Assembly (NCBI GenBank): GCA_950097015.1
Contig: CATNEN010000024.1
Coordinates: 3,596,001 to 3,660,000 of the forward strand
DNA length: 64,000 nucleotides
Source: Macrostomum hystrix
Lineage: Eukaryota > Animalia > Platyhelminthes
Reading direction: 5' to 3'
Numbering within the stretch: position 1 is the stretch's first letter; every line of letters begins with the position of its first letter. Positions 41,148 through 53,459 of this stretch are shown in pieces. Made by a program: the position numbers and the translations under genes. The notes beneath the pieces were generated by a model. It had not been told where the DNA came from. It was given only the letters and a program-made list of their open reading frames with translations, and searched no databases.

Positions 41148-41844
41148 GAGAAAAAGCTCAGAAGCTGTAAGAAAATTCAAGCTAGAAAGCCTACTAAAAG
41201 CAGCTTCCTGAAACTTTAAATCAAATTCCGGGCACCCGTTGTGACGACTCTCTGTCCGTAGAGAGTCTTTGTTCGGATCAATGGCTCCAAACCAACAAAC
41301 ACAGTTTCAACTAAGAGAAATGTATGCTTGAGATGTCTAAAACTAGATAAGGCCATCGTTGGCGTCTGTGATTGCATGGCCAGACACGAGCGATGAAAGA
41401 GGCAGAGACAAGAATCAGAAATGTGGAAGCCGCGCGTTTCTGCTTTTTAAACAGCAGCAATGAAAGCCAAAAGAAACAGGTTCAACCCCTGGGACTCGTT
41501 TCTCTCCTCTCTCTGGATCTGATCGTAATCAACAGGCAGGAAAAATCTGGAAATCGATCCACAGAAACTGACGGGCCATCCGCAGTTAAGGGTGGAGAGA
41601 AATAATTTGGTCAGCAAGGTGATTGAACGCGAGGATGGTCTGGAAGTCGTCAGAATGTTGGGTAAAAAAATCAACGTTTTACTCATCCGATGACCGCTTC
41701 ATAAATCATATATTCTTATTCATATTTGTATTCAAGCTAGAACGAACGAAACAGCTATTGAAATTTGAATTAATTATGAACAAAAAATTTGACAGTCAAT
41801 AAGAATTGTCGAACTAGTTGCAAATCGGGTGGGACATAGACTAA

Positions 41845-41995
41845 TATTGTGTACAGCTGTTCAGTCTGTGGACTGAAGCTGGTACCTATTTTTATGCTAT
41901 TTAAACTGACGGCACTAGCGACTCAGATCTCTTGCTCAATGGCACAAACTGTTTTGCTTAGGTCTAAGATTCGAACTCCCGACTTCTCGTACGGT
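41845..41995 (-). mobile_element. Diverged SINE family B fragment
   Basis: GTACAGCTGTTCAGTCTGTGGACTG...CTTGCTCAATGGCAC...GATTCGAACTCC (B box on the minus strand). Confidence 0.5.
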
Positions 41996-42928
41996 AGTCA
42001 GAAAGCTTCGATTGGGAAAAGGTAATTAAATTTGACAGATATTTTTTATAATTTGGACAGAAATTATTAGATCAGTTTTCTAACATTATTTAAAGGGTAA
42101 AATTACTCACCAAAGTTGGCGGTCAAAATTTTCGAACGCGCCCCAGCAAAACTCCTCATTCCCAACTCCTCCCCGTCAAAAAAATCCCCAAACCCGACGG
42201 CGTCACTCGGACGGGGCGGAATGGGGAAAACTTTTCGTTCTGTAAAAAGGAAAGAAAGAGAGAATTCAAAGAGGGGAGGCGCCATAACCTTGAAGATCGG
42301 CCGCCGCCGCCGCAGCCGCCGCCGCCGCCAATGCCTCTTCGGCAGCCTGCGTCGCCACGGCCGAGTGAATATTTGTGAATGCATGTCTGGCTGCCCCGAC
42401 GGATCGTGATGAGAAGAAAAAAAGGCGGCTCCTTATTTCATAACGCAGACTAAACATCGTGCCTGGGGGCCGACAATGCCCTGCAGTTGCTTAACACACA
42501 TGCATACATACACATCATTATTTTAAGATGCGATTGCGAGACAGAAAAACATTTCTATTATTGAGGATTTGAATGCGAAAATATGTCAGGAATAAACGTG
42601 CGTGAATGTAAATAACTGAAAGAAAAACCACTTAATAAAATCAGAGAGGAAGAGAGGGAGATTTTAAGAAAAAAACATATTTGGGATAAAGAGAAGGAGA
42701 GTGAGAGGATTAGACAGGTCGAGTGAGAGGATTAAGACAGGTCGAGTGAGAGGATTACGACAGGTATAGTGAGAGGATTACGACAGGTATAGTGAGATGA
42801 AGAGAGGGAGAGTGAGAGGAAGAGCGATAGAGTGAGATGAAGAGAGGGAGAGTGACGGGAATATAGGGACAGTCAGAGGAAGAGAGCCAGGGAGGGAGTG
42901 TCTGGGAAATATAATTAAGCATCTAGTA

Positions 42929-43540
42929 CAGAGGTCGGCAAACTTATTAGCTAGTGGGTCAAAAAGAGAACCTAAAAGACGATAGCGGGCTGAATTGACT
43001 GTAGAAAATATGAGACAGGGGAGAGATAAGACTCATGAGAGATGAGACAGCGGAGAGATGTAACGGCGGAGAGATGAGACCGAGGAGAGATGACACACGG
43101 GAGAGATGACACACGGGAGAGATGAGACATGGAAGATATGAGACAACGGAGAGATGAGATACGGGAGGGATAAGACACGGAAGAGATGAGACACGGGAGA
43201 GATGACACACGGGAGAGATGAGACATGGAAGATATGAGACAACGGAGAGATGAGATACGGGAGGGATGAGACTCTGGATAGATTAGAAGGCGGAGAGATG
43301 AGACGGTGGAGAGATAAGATAGCGGAGAGATGAGACGCGGGAGAGATGAGACACAGGAGAGATGAGACAGAGGAGAGATGAGACACAAGAGAGATAAGAC
43401 ACGGAAGATATGAGACACGGGAGAGACGAGACAGGGGAAAGATGAAACAGGATACTGTAAGTGTCGGAAGGGGCAACGGGCCGGATTTGGGAGCTTCGAG
43501 GGCCGCATCTGGCCCGCGGGCCGGAGTTTGCCGATCCCTG
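42929..43540. mobile_element. hAT-Charlie-type MITE with a purine-rich minisatellite core
   Basis: TIRs CAGAGGTCGGCAAACT / AGTTTGCCGATCCCTG; 8-bp TSD ATCTAGTA at 42921-42928 and 43541-43548; subterminal GGCCCGCGGGCC; interior of GAGATGAGACACGG-like repeats. Confidence 0.92.
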
Positions 43541-43619
43541 ATCTAGTATATAAGAATTAATCTGAATTTTAAGTAAACAATCGAATAAAATATAGTATTT
43601 AAAATAAAATTCCAGAAAC

Positions 43620-43760
43620 GCGGCTGAAAGCGAAGTCGCTTATCAATTTCCCATTGGCTGTTAACCACACAAATAAAGAGTGGAATGTTTATGAAGGGGA
43701 GGGGGTGGGCGGCTGCTGGCTGGCCTCTCATTGGTCCTGCCTATAGAGGGCCCCTCCAAA
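43620..43760 (+). promoter_or_regulatory. Putative proximal promoter of the homeobox gene
   Basis: Two inverted CCAAT boxes (CATTGG near 43642 and 43729), GC box GGGTGGGCGG near 43682, TATA-like CTATAGA near 43741, about 100 bp before the ATG at 43844. Confidence 0.4.
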
Positions 43761-43843
43761 ATTTCTTCAGTTGAAGAATGAATACAAAAAGTTGTCGGAC
43801 AAAGTTCTGTCTAGATAGTAAACGGCAGAGAACAAAAGTTTTC

Positions 43844-44102
43844 ATGGAGCCGTGGCATTCAGCGAAGCAGCCAGTGAGCAGCGAGATGTTCAGCATGAGC
43901 AGTCACCTGGCCAACCTGGACAGCCGGATCCAGACCTGGCTGGCCGTGGCCGAGACCAGGCCGTGTTTCCCGGCGATGCCGGCTGCGGCTGCCGCGGGAT
44001 CGTCCACTGACGACGCCTCCGATTTGTACTCGGACGGGCGGGCCAGCGTCAGCCGGACTTCACCCGACGCTGAAGTCGGTCACGTGACGCCGCAAGGTGT
44101 CC
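43844..44102 (+). CDS. Paired-like homeobox gene, exon 1
   Basis: MEPWHSAKQPVSSEMFSMSSHLANLD...; donor GTGAGT at 44103 (phase 1, fits the acceptor at 44453). An alternative phase-1 donor lies at 44097. Confidence 0.7.
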
Positions 44103-44159
44103 GTGAGTACCTGGCGCTTGTTTCTCGTTGGTTCCACACAAAAAAATAATAAAACTAAC

Positions 44160-44424
44160 TGATTTCACCAGCCCGATTGGGCCATATGTGTAGCCGACAG
44201 CACAGCCGCATCTCAAGGCTGCTTACGGCTATTCAGTCCATGGACTAGAGGGACGCCACACCCACCGTCAACTACCCCATCTGCAATGCTAGTACCCATT
44301 AAACAGCTGGGTGAAATGAAGCAATGCAGAATTAAGTGTCTTGCTAAGGGACACATATTGTTTTACTGGAGTCGGGATTCGAACCCCCGATGCCCGACGC
44401 CCAAACCGCTAGGCTACCACCCCT
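44160..44424 (-). mobile_element. tRNA-derived SINE family B in homeobox intron 1
   Basis: Reverse complement GGGGTGGTAGCCTAGCGG...GGTTCGAATCCC...GTGTCCCTTAGCAAGACACTTAA...CACCCAGCTG...ATGGGTACTAGCA...AGTCCATGGACTGAA. Confidence 0.85.
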
Positions 44425-44453
44425 CCTAGAAATAGAATTCATTCTTCACCCAG

Positions 44454-44805
44454 CCGGGCCTGGTTTACAGCTTCCATTTCACCAATCCGCAGCAGCCACT
44501 CAGATGCGGCAGTCTGAAAATAAATTTCAAAGACAACCGGCAGCATCAAAAGCGTCCGTTCCTCTTCTGGCCGATCGAACTGACGAAGGTCAAGAAGATC
44601 GGTGCCGCCTTGTCGAGAAGAGCGCCAACGACCAGGAAAGCGTAGACGAGGATGAAGACGAATTCGGCCGCGAGGAAACAGACGAGATGCCCCTAGCAAC
44701 TGGGGGTGTCGCCTCGGAGCCTCATTCCGGCAAAAGCGACTGCAGTTTGGCCGACAAACGGACCAACTGCGCCAAGGCCAGGCGACACAGGACCTCCTTC
44801 ACCAG
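44454..44805 (+). CDS. Paired-like homeobox gene, exon 2 (acidic region, homeodomain N-terminal arm)
   Basis: Acceptor CACCCAG at 44453; ends ...KARRHRTSFT(S); donor GTGAGT at 44806 (phase 2). Confidence 0.85.
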
Positions 44806-44825
44806 GTGAGTGATTGATCCGGTCC

Positions 44826-45590
44826 TTGGGATTTGAGAGTATCAGCCCAGGGATTTGAGAGTATCAGCCCAGGGATTTGAGAGTATCAGCCGAGGGGTTT
44901 GAGAGTATCAGCCCAGGGATTTGAGAGTATCAGCCGAAGGATTTGAGAGTATCAGCCCAGGGGTTTGAGAGTATCAGCCCAGGAATTTGAGAGTATCAGC
45001 CCAGGGGTTTGAGAGTATCAGCCCAGGGATTTGAGAGTAACAGCCCAGGGATTTGAGAGTATCAGCCCAGGGATTTGAGAGTATCAGCCCAGGGATTTAA
45101 GAGTATCAGCCCAGGGATTTGAGAGTATCAGCCCAGGGATTTAAGAGTATCAGCCCAGGGGTTTGAGAGTATCAGCCCAGGGATTTGAGAGTATCAGCCG
45201 AAGAATTTGAGAGTATCAGCTGTAGGATTTGAGAGTATCAGCCCAGGGATTTGAGAGTATCAGCCCAGGGATTTGAGAGTATCAGCCCAGGGATTTGAGA
45301 GTATCAGCCCAGGGATTTGGGAGTATTAGCCGTAGGATTTGAGAGTATCAGCCCAGGGATTTGGGAGTATCAGCCGTAGGATTTGAGAGTATCAGCCCAG
45401 GGATTTGAGAGTTTCAGCCGAGGGGTTTGAGAGTAACAGCCCAGGGATTTGAGAGTTTCAGCCGAGGGGTTTGAGAGTATCAGCCGTAGGATTTGAGAGT
45501 ATCAGCCCAGGGATTTGAGAGTTTCAGCCGAGGGGTTTGAGAGTAACAGCCCAGGGATTTGAGAGTATCAGCCCAGGGGTTTGAGAGCTG
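44826..45590. repeat. 22-bp minisatellite in homeobox intron 2
   Basis: Unit GGGATTTGAGAGTATCAGCCCA. Confidence 0.95.
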
Positions 45591-45864
45591 AAATTTGTCA
45601 CCGCATACAAGCTCGTATATCGCTTAGAACTTCTCTGAAAAAAGTTCATAGCTGTAAGGGTACTCTCTTTAATTCGCCGCGCGAAATATGATGCCGATTC
45701 TCTCCTCTAGTTTACTAGAGTCTTCATTCTATGCGTCTAGTTAAAAAGGCACTTGGATGAATGCTAAATTAAATTTGTCTTCTTCCTGTGCGAAATGAGC
45801 CTTAAAAGTGCGCATGAACTTGTATGAAGCACTGATTTATTTTTTTTTATCAGTACAAAGAAGT

Positions 45865-46010
45865 TAGTTGAAAGTTGGTTGATGAAAGGGTGGAAAATGT
45901 TGATACTAATAGTGGACTTTCACGAAAATCGGCCAGGCCATTCGGTTTGGGAGCTGTCGTGATCCCCAGGGGGAAATAGCGTTGTCTTTCTACTGTTCAA
46001 GCAAGTTTCA
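45865..46010 (+). mobile_element. Helitron/Lep1-like dispersed repeat fragment
   Basis: GTGGACTTTCACGAAAATCGG...CGGTTTGGGAGCTGTCGTGA shared with three other loci in the window. Confidence 0.55.
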
Positions 46011-46165
46011 CACAAGTGTTGTAGATGTTAGAGACGATGTTGAGGAACCTGGATTAACTCTATAGATAGATTCTAGATGCTGGACGAATCTGAAGGAACC
46101 TCTGTACCAACTCAAAGCCCGCCATAATTTACTAAAACAAGCCCCGAAACCAAATCCCGAAACAG

Positions 46166-46727
46166 CGCTCAGCTGTCGGCCCTCGAGAACGTGTTCGAGC
46201 ACACGCACTACCCGGACGCGTTCCTGCGCGAAGATCTGGCCCGCAGCATCCGCCTGACCGAGGCCCGAGTGCAGGTCTGGTTCCAGAACAGGCGCGCCAA
46301 GTTTCGTCGGGTCGAGCGTCGGAAGCACGAAGATCTAGCACCGATCGGCGGCGGTCACGACGCCAGACGGTCGGCAGTGGCGTCGGGAATGTCACCCGAC
46401 CTGCCGAGGCCAACACCGCCTCAGCTACAACAGCAGCAGCAGCAGCAGCAGCTCCAACAGCCAACCTGTTGGACTGGAATGCCACCAGTCGGCAGCCATC
46501 AGCAGCATCAGCATCAGCACGAGCATCAGGCTAGTCAGCAGCAGAATTCATTCAACGCACTAGCCGCTGCCGCAGCTTACGGAGGCCATGTCCTGCCCGG
46601 CCTGCCGTTTCCGACGTCGCTGTACGCGGCCGCAGCAGCCAGCAGGCATCAGCATCAGCAGCAGCAGCAGCAGCCACTGCAAGCACAATACCACAGCACA
46701 ATGGAGCAACCGTATCTCAGCATGTGA
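46166..46727 (+). CDS. Prrx-like: Paired-like (PRD class, Q50) homeobox exon 3; closest recalled family Prrx
   Basis: Joined homeodomain [60 protein letters not shown] resembles PRRX1 ([38 protein letters not shown]). PolyQ/His C-terminus; whole CDS 1173 nt (390 aa). Confidence 0.9.
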
Positions 46728-47199
46728 AGCCTTAGGCCAAGACTGTGAAAATATAATAGACTGAGTTTCGTGACTCACGAAGTCGCTTGGTAAAGCTGCT
46801 CGATAGTGAATTAGTAGAAGCTAGACGTCTGCATTTTCCCTATAAAAAGCTCAAAAAGTTATATATGTTTGCCTAACCCAATTAAAACAGGAAAGAAGAA
46901 GAAAACTATTTACAGTATATATGCTTTATCTGCAGCACCGTCAGGTTGCTTGTATTCTATCTACAACTTGTAATACTTCCATGAATATTTGCTACCCATA
47001 TCTGTAAATGTACTTCCTCATTTTGTAATACCTAATTTAAAACATACGTTATTTTTTTAACCGACAAAAAAAACTATTCCTAAAACAATGCAGAATATTG
47101 AAAATTCTTCAGAAAAAAACTAAGCGATAAATTCCTAACTTGGCAAGTTAACTTCGCGACCATTTCCAACACTGAAAAATTCGTAAACCTAGTCGTAGT

Positions 47200-48430
47200 G
47201 GGAATTGAGCTAATTGGGAAATGAGCTAGTTGGGAATTGAGCTAATTGCGAATTGAGCTAATTGGGAATTGAGCTAATTGGGAATTGAGCTAATTAGAAT
47301 TGAGCTAATTGGGAATTGAGCTAGTTGGGAATTGAGCTAATTGGGAATTGAGCTAGTTGGGAATTGAGCTAATTGGGAATTGAGCTAGTTGGGAATTGAG
47401 CTAATTGGGAATTGAGCTAGTTGGGAATTGAGCTAATTGGGAATTGAGCTAATTGGGAATTCAGCCAATTGGGAATTGAGCTAGTTGGGAATTGAGCTAA
47501 TTGGGAATTGAGCTAATTGGGAATTGAGCTAGTTGGGAATTGAGCTAATTGGGAATTGAGCTAATTGGGAATTGAGCTAATTGGGAATTGAGCTAATTGC
47601 GAATTGAGCTAATTGGGAATTCAGCCAATTGGGAATTGAGCTAATTGGGAATTGAGCTAATTGCGAATTGAGCTAATTGGGAATTGAGCTAGTTAGAATT
47701 GAGCTAATTGGGAATTGAGCTAGTTAGAATTGAGCTAATTGGGAATTGAGCTAGTTGGGAATTGAGCTAATTGGGAATTGAGCTAGTTAGAATTGAGCTA
47801 ATTGGGAATTGAGCTAATTGGGAATTGAGCTAATTGGGAATTGAGCTAATTGCGAATTGAGCTAATTGGGAATTGAGCTAATTGCGAATTGAGCTAATTG
47901 GGAATTGAGCTAGATGGGAATTGAGCTAATTGGGAATTGAGCTAGTTGGGAATTGAGCTAATTGCGAATTGAGCTAATTGCGAATTGAGCTAATTGGGAA
48001 TTGAGCTAGTTAGAATTGAGCTAATTGGGAATTGAGCTAGTTGGGAATTGAGCTAATTGCGAATTGAGCTAATTGGGAATTGAGCTAATTGGGAATTGAG
48101 CTAATTGGGAATTGAGCTAATTGCGAATTGAGCTAATTGGGAATTGAGCTAATTGGGAATTGAGCTAATTGGGAATTGAGCTAGATGGGAATTGAGCTAA
48201 TTGGGAATTGAGCTAGTTGGGAATTGAGCTAATTGCGAATTGAGCTAATTGGGAATTGAGCTAATTGGGAATTGAGCTAATTGGGAATTGAGCTAATTGC
48301 GAATTGAGCTAATTGGGAATTGAGCTAATTGCGAATTGAGCTAATTGGGAATTGAGCTAGATGGGAATTGAGCTAATTGGGAATTGAGCTAGATGGGAAT
48401 TGAGCTAATTGGGAATTGAGCTAGTTGGGA
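47200..48430. repeat. 16-bp minisatellite, about 77 copies
   Basis: Unit GGGAATTGAGCTAATT, with a common variant ...CTAGTT. Confidence 0.97.
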
Positions 48431-49271
48431 ACTAAAATACGAGTCGGAAATTCTTATTTTGGATTTTAAATACCCATATGTAAAGTGTTTATTCGAAAGA
48501 AACTAAACCACTGTAAAAAACTGAAAAGGCTTTATAGCGAGCATATTCAGTGATATCTTTAACCGTAAATTGCAGCGAATCAAAACTAAAGAAACATTTC
48601 GAAAAAACTTTTTTTGTATTTTCAAGGTTTGGAAAAATCTTGAAAATGTATTCATGAAGTGGATTTTAAGGTAGGAAAGCGGCACATTGGACAATAATAA
48701 ACAGAAATAAATAAATTACATCTCTTCATTCTACTTACAAAAGTAGAAATTAACGCACGAACTAGTATGGTATGATATTTTATTAAAAATTGACAAAAAT
48801 CTGACAAAAATGTGGATTCACGGGCGCAGTTGAAAGCACCTACATGGAATACAATAAAATCAAATGACAAATTTTAATAATTATTATGAGCTACATTATG
48901 AGCTACTTTTACAAAATTGAAGCATTCATTGGAAATAGTAAAATAGAGTTTTCTAATAATAGCATAGAACTTTTGACACAATCTGCCCAATCAATTGGCT
49001 AGATTGGCAGATAAGTTTTCTATGTTGAAAGCAACAAATAATAAATCGATATGAATTCAGACTGAAATAATTTGGAGTTATTCAGAACAGGTTAATCAAC
49101 GATGTAAGTAGGATCTAGTCTGTTTTATACAAAGCATATCTTCTGGCACAATTGGTTAATTAAATCAAATATTGTTATAAAACATCATAATACACAGGAT
49201 CATTGATTGCGATTGCGATGATGATGGTGATTGCGCGATAATACCCTGTTTAGTGTAATTCTAGGGATCAA

Positions 49272-50812
49272 GGTGATGAATCCGGTTCTAGAATCCCCTG
49301 ATGAATCTGGTTCTAGAATCCCCTGATGACTCTCGTTCTAGAATCCCCTGATGAATCTGGTTCTAGAATCCCCTGATGAATCTGGTTCTAGAATCCCCTG
49401 ATGACTCTCGTTCTAGAATCCCCTGATGAATCTGGTTCTAGAATCCCCTGATGAATCTGGTTCTAGAATCCCCTGATGACTCTGGTTCTAGAATCCCCTG
49501 ATGACTCTCGGTTCTAGAATCCCCTGATGAATCTGGTTCTAGAATCCCCTGATGACTCTGGTTCTAGAATCCCCTGATGACTCTCGTTCTAGAATCCCCT
49601 GATGAATCTGGTTCTAGAATCCCCTGATGACTCTGGTTCTAGAATCCCCTGATTAATCTGGTTCTAGAATCCCCTGATTAATCTGGTTCTAGAATCCCCT
49701 GATTAATCTGGTTCTAGAATCCCCTGATTAATCTGGTTCTAGAATCCCCTGATGACTCTGGTTCTAGAATCCCCTGATGACTCTCGGTTCTAGAATCCCC
49801 TGATGACTCTGGTTCTAGAATCCCCTGATGGACTCTGGTTCTAGAATCCCCTGATTAATCTGGTTCTAGAATCCCCTGATGAATCTGGTTCTAGAATCCC
49901 CTGATGGCTCTGGTTCTAGAATCCCCTGATTAATCTGGTTCTAGAATCCCCTGATTAATCTGGTTCTAGAATCCCCTGATGACTCTGGTTCTAGAATCCC
50001 CTGATGACTCTGGTTCTAGAATCCCCTGATGACTCTCGTTCTAGAATCCCCTGATGACTCTCGTTCTAGAATCCCTTGATGACTCTGGTTCTAGAATCCC
50101 CTGATGAATCTGGTTCTAGAATCCCCTGATGACTCTCGTTCTAGAATCCCCTGATGAATCTGGTTCTAGAATCCCCTGATTAATCTGGTTCTAGAATCCC
50201 CTGATTAATCTGGTTCTAGAATCCCCTGATTAATCTGGTTCTAGAATCCCCTGATTAATCTGGTTCTAGAATCCCCTGATTAATCTGGTTCTAGAATCCC
50301 CTGATGACTCTGGTTCTAGAATCCCCTGATGACTCTGGTTCTAGAATCCCCTGATGACTCTGGTTCTAGAATCCCCTGATGACTCTGGTTCTAGAATCCC
50401 CTGATTAATCTGGTTCTAGAATCCCCTGATGAATCTGGTTCTAGAATCCCCTGATGACTCTGGTTCTAGAATCCCCTGATGACTCTGGTTCTAGAATCCC
50501 CTGATTAATCTGGTTCTAGAATCCCCTGATTAATCTGGTTCTAGAATCCCCTGATGACTCTGGTTCTAGAATCCCCTGATGAATCTGGTTCTAGAATCCC
50601 CTGATGACTCTGGTTCTAGAATCCCCTGATGACTCTGGTTCTAGAATCCCCTGATGACTCTGGTTCTAGAATCCCCTGATGACTCTCGTTCTAGAATCCC
50701 CTGATGAATCTGGTTCTAGAATCCCCTGATTAATCTGGTTCTAGAATCCCCTGATTAATCTGGTTCTAGAATCCCCTGATGAATCTGGTTCTAGAATCCC
50801 CTGATGACTGTG
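49272..50812. repeat. 25-bp minisatellite between convergent genes
   Basis: Unit GGTTCTAGAATCCCCTGATGAATCT. Confidence 0.97.
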
Positions 50813-50887
50813 GTTCATATTAAAAACAGAACATATTAAAAATGAAGATTCGAACTGGTTTGATAATTTTGAAACTGATTGGTCGTA

Positions 50888-50893
50888 TTTATT
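50888..50893 (-). terminator. Candidate polyadenylation signal of TBC1D13
   Basis: AATAAA on the minus strand about 200 nt past the stop at 51093. Confidence 0.35.
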
Positions 50894-51092
50894 ACTATTG
50901 TAAAAATTAGTTTTAAAAATAGACTTATTGTTACAAAAGAAGTTAAATCTAGAATGAAAATCTATATTATAAATACGTTTGCACCCTTTAGTAGCTCACA
51001 AAATGTGCGAAAACGAAAATTTTTTAAACACATTCTTAGGTTTGAGCGCCATAATTCTACTGCTCAACAGAGTAATAGCAAAAAAACAAAAT

Positions 51093-51290
51093 TCAAACTT
51101 CTTCAACTGAGTCCGACGCCTCCTCGAAGCCGCCTTCATCGCGCCGCTGATTGTCATTGTCGTCGAAGGACGCGGCAGGCTGGCCGCTTTTCAGCATGGC
51201 GGATGACGTCGAGGAGGCGTTGTGCGGCCGTCTGGTGTTGAACTCGTGCGCCTTAGCCAAGATTTGGCGCACATCCACATAGGGATAATT
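51093..51290 (-). CDS. TBC1D13: TBC1D13 exon 5 (last)
   Basis: Acceptor TTCATTCAG; NYPYVDVRQILAKAHEF matches human DYPITDVCQILQKAKEL. Confidence 0.88.
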   Translation of the reverse strand, partial: NYPYVDVRQILAKAHEFNTRRPHNASSTSSAMLKSGQPAASFDDNDNQRRDEGGFEEASDSVEEV

Positions 51291-51324
51291 CTGAATGAAG
51301 TATGAGGAATAACAATGGCATTAT

Positions 51325-52800
51325 CTCCGACTGTGACAAACTGGAGTGACTAATGACATCTCGGACTGTGACAAACTGGAGTGACTAATGACATCTCGGA
51401 CTGTGACAAACTGGAGTAACTAATGACATCTCGGACTGTGACAAACTGGAGTAACTAATGACATCTCGGACTGTGACAAACCGGAGTGACTAATGACATC
51501 TCCGACTGTGACAAACTGGAGTGACTAATGACATCTCCGACTGTGACAAACTGGAGTGACTAATGACATCTCGGACTGTGACAAACTGGAGTGACGAATG
51601 ACATCTCGGACTGTGACAAACTGGAGTGACTAATGACATCTCGGACTGTGACAAACTGGAGTGACGAATGACATCTCGGACTGTGACAAACTGGAGTGAC
51701 TAATGACATCTCGGACTGTGACAAACTGGAGTAACTAATGACATCTCGGACTGTGACAAACTGGAGTGACGAATGACATCTCGGACTGTGACAAACTTGA
51801 GTGACTAATGACATCTCGGACTGTGACAAACTGGAGTGACTAATGACATCTCGGACTGTGACAAACTGGAGTAACTAATGACATCTCGGACTGTGACAAA
51901 CTGGAGTGACGAATGACATCTCGGACTGTGACAAACTGGAGTGACTAATGACATCTCGGACTGTGACAAACTGGAGTAACTAATGACATCTCGGACTGTG
52001 ACAAACTGGAGTAACTTATGACATCTCGGACTGTGACAAACTAGAGTGACTAATGACATCTCGGACTGTGACAAACTGGAGTAACTAATGACATCTCGGA
52101 CTGTGACAAACTGGAGTAACTTATGACATCTCGGACTGTGACAAACTAGAGTGACTAATGACATCTCGGACTGTGACAAACTGGAGTGACGAATGACATC
52201 TCGGACTGTGACAAACTGGAGTGACTAATGACATCTCGGACTGTGACAAACTGGAGTGACTAATGACATCTCGGACTGTGACAAACTGGAGTGACTAATG
52301 ACATCTCGGACTGTGACAAACTGGAGTAACTAATGACATCTCGGACTGTGACAAACTGGAGTAACTAATGACATCTCGGACTGTGACAAACTGGAGTAAC
52401 TAATGACATCTCGGACTGCGACAAACTGGAGTAACTTATGACATCTCGGACTGTGACAAACTAGAGTGACTAATGACATCTCGGACTGTGACAAACTGGA
52501 GTAACTAATGACATCTCGGACTGTGACAAACTGGAGTAACTAATGACATCTCGGACTGTGACAAACTGGAGTGACTAATGACATCTCGGACTGTGACAAA
52601 CTAGAGTGACTAATGACATCTCGGACTGTGACAAACTGGAGTGACTAATGACATCTCGGACTGTGACAAACTGGAGTAACTAATGACATCTCGGACTGTG
52701 ACAAACTGGAGTAACTAATGACATCTCGGACTGTGACAAACTGGAGTAACTAATGACATCTCGGACTGCGACAAACTGGAGTGACAAATGACATCCCGAT
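51325..52800. repeat. 35-bp minisatellite filling TBC1D13 intron 4
   Basis: Unit GACATCTCGGACTGTGACAAACTGGAGTGACTAAT. Confidence 0.97.
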
Positions 52801-52806
52801 GCCCAC

Positions 52807-53244
52807 CTGAACCAGGCGCATGCAGTCTGAGAAGTCGGCAGCCAGCAGTTGGTCCCTGATTAGCACTAGCATGGCGCAGCAGACATCCAGAAGGAAGTCG
52901 AACCGTCTCGGATCAGCCAGCAGCGAGTCCCAGACACGCAGCAGGTCGGGCAGGCGAAACTCCTGGGACAGCAGCAGTGTGAGGTAGCGGAAGGCGTAGA
53001 ATTCGGACTTCAGGCCCAGCTGGGTTAGGCGGCTGTGCAACGGCAGGTCGAGCAGTTGCAGCCGGGCCTGGAACTGGCGCATTCGGCCCTGAATGCCAGA
53101 CTGGGAGGAGTCCAGCTCCTTGATGAAATTGTCGCGAATCTCCGACATTAGCGAGGTGAAGCAGAAGAATGCGTCGGGCTCAGCGTGGGCGGACCATTTA
53201 GGATTGGGGTCGCTGGCCAGCACGTAGTAGATTGGGCCCAGCAC
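52807..53244 (-). CDS. TBC1D13: TBC1D13 exon 4
   Basis: VLGPIYYVLASDP...AEPDAFFCFTSLMSEIRDNFIK...FRYLTLLLSQEFRLPDLLRVWDSL...; phase 0 at both ends, 438 nt. Confidence 0.95.
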
Positions 53245-53319
53245 CTGCGGAGAGTGGAAGTGAAAATTTCTATGTTAAAATTAGCAATGAAACCCACCCT
53301 CAATTATCCCAAATCATCC

Positions 53320-53450
53320 TGGTACGCATTTAACAGGTGGGATTAGGAATTAAGATGGAAACTATGCAGGATTAAGTATTTTGCTAAAGGACACAAATTG
53401 TACCGGTGGAGTCGAGAATCGAACCCTTGACCTTTAAGTCATAAGTCTTA
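53320..53450 (-). mobile_element. Diverged SINE family B fragment in TBC1D13 intron 3
   Basis: TTTGCTAAAGGACAC...GAATCGAACCC; reverse complement gives a B box and the GTGTCCTTTAGCAAA motif. Confidence 0.55.
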
Positions 53451-53459
53451 AGTCGTAAT

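Noticed and set aside
42280-42370. Poly-Ala coding exon (GCC repeats) of the homeobox gene
   Set aside because: An in-frame stop lies just upstream and there is no good acceptor; a GC-rich UTR or regulatory tract is more likely.
32054-50812. Hammerhead ribozyme or retrozyme arrays (CTGATGA in the 23-bp and 25-bp units; CTGATGA-GGGGAG-GAAA on the minus strand near 35440)
   Set aside because: No GAAA plus stem II/III geometry in the units; the 35440 case lacks the stem II closing pair and stem III.
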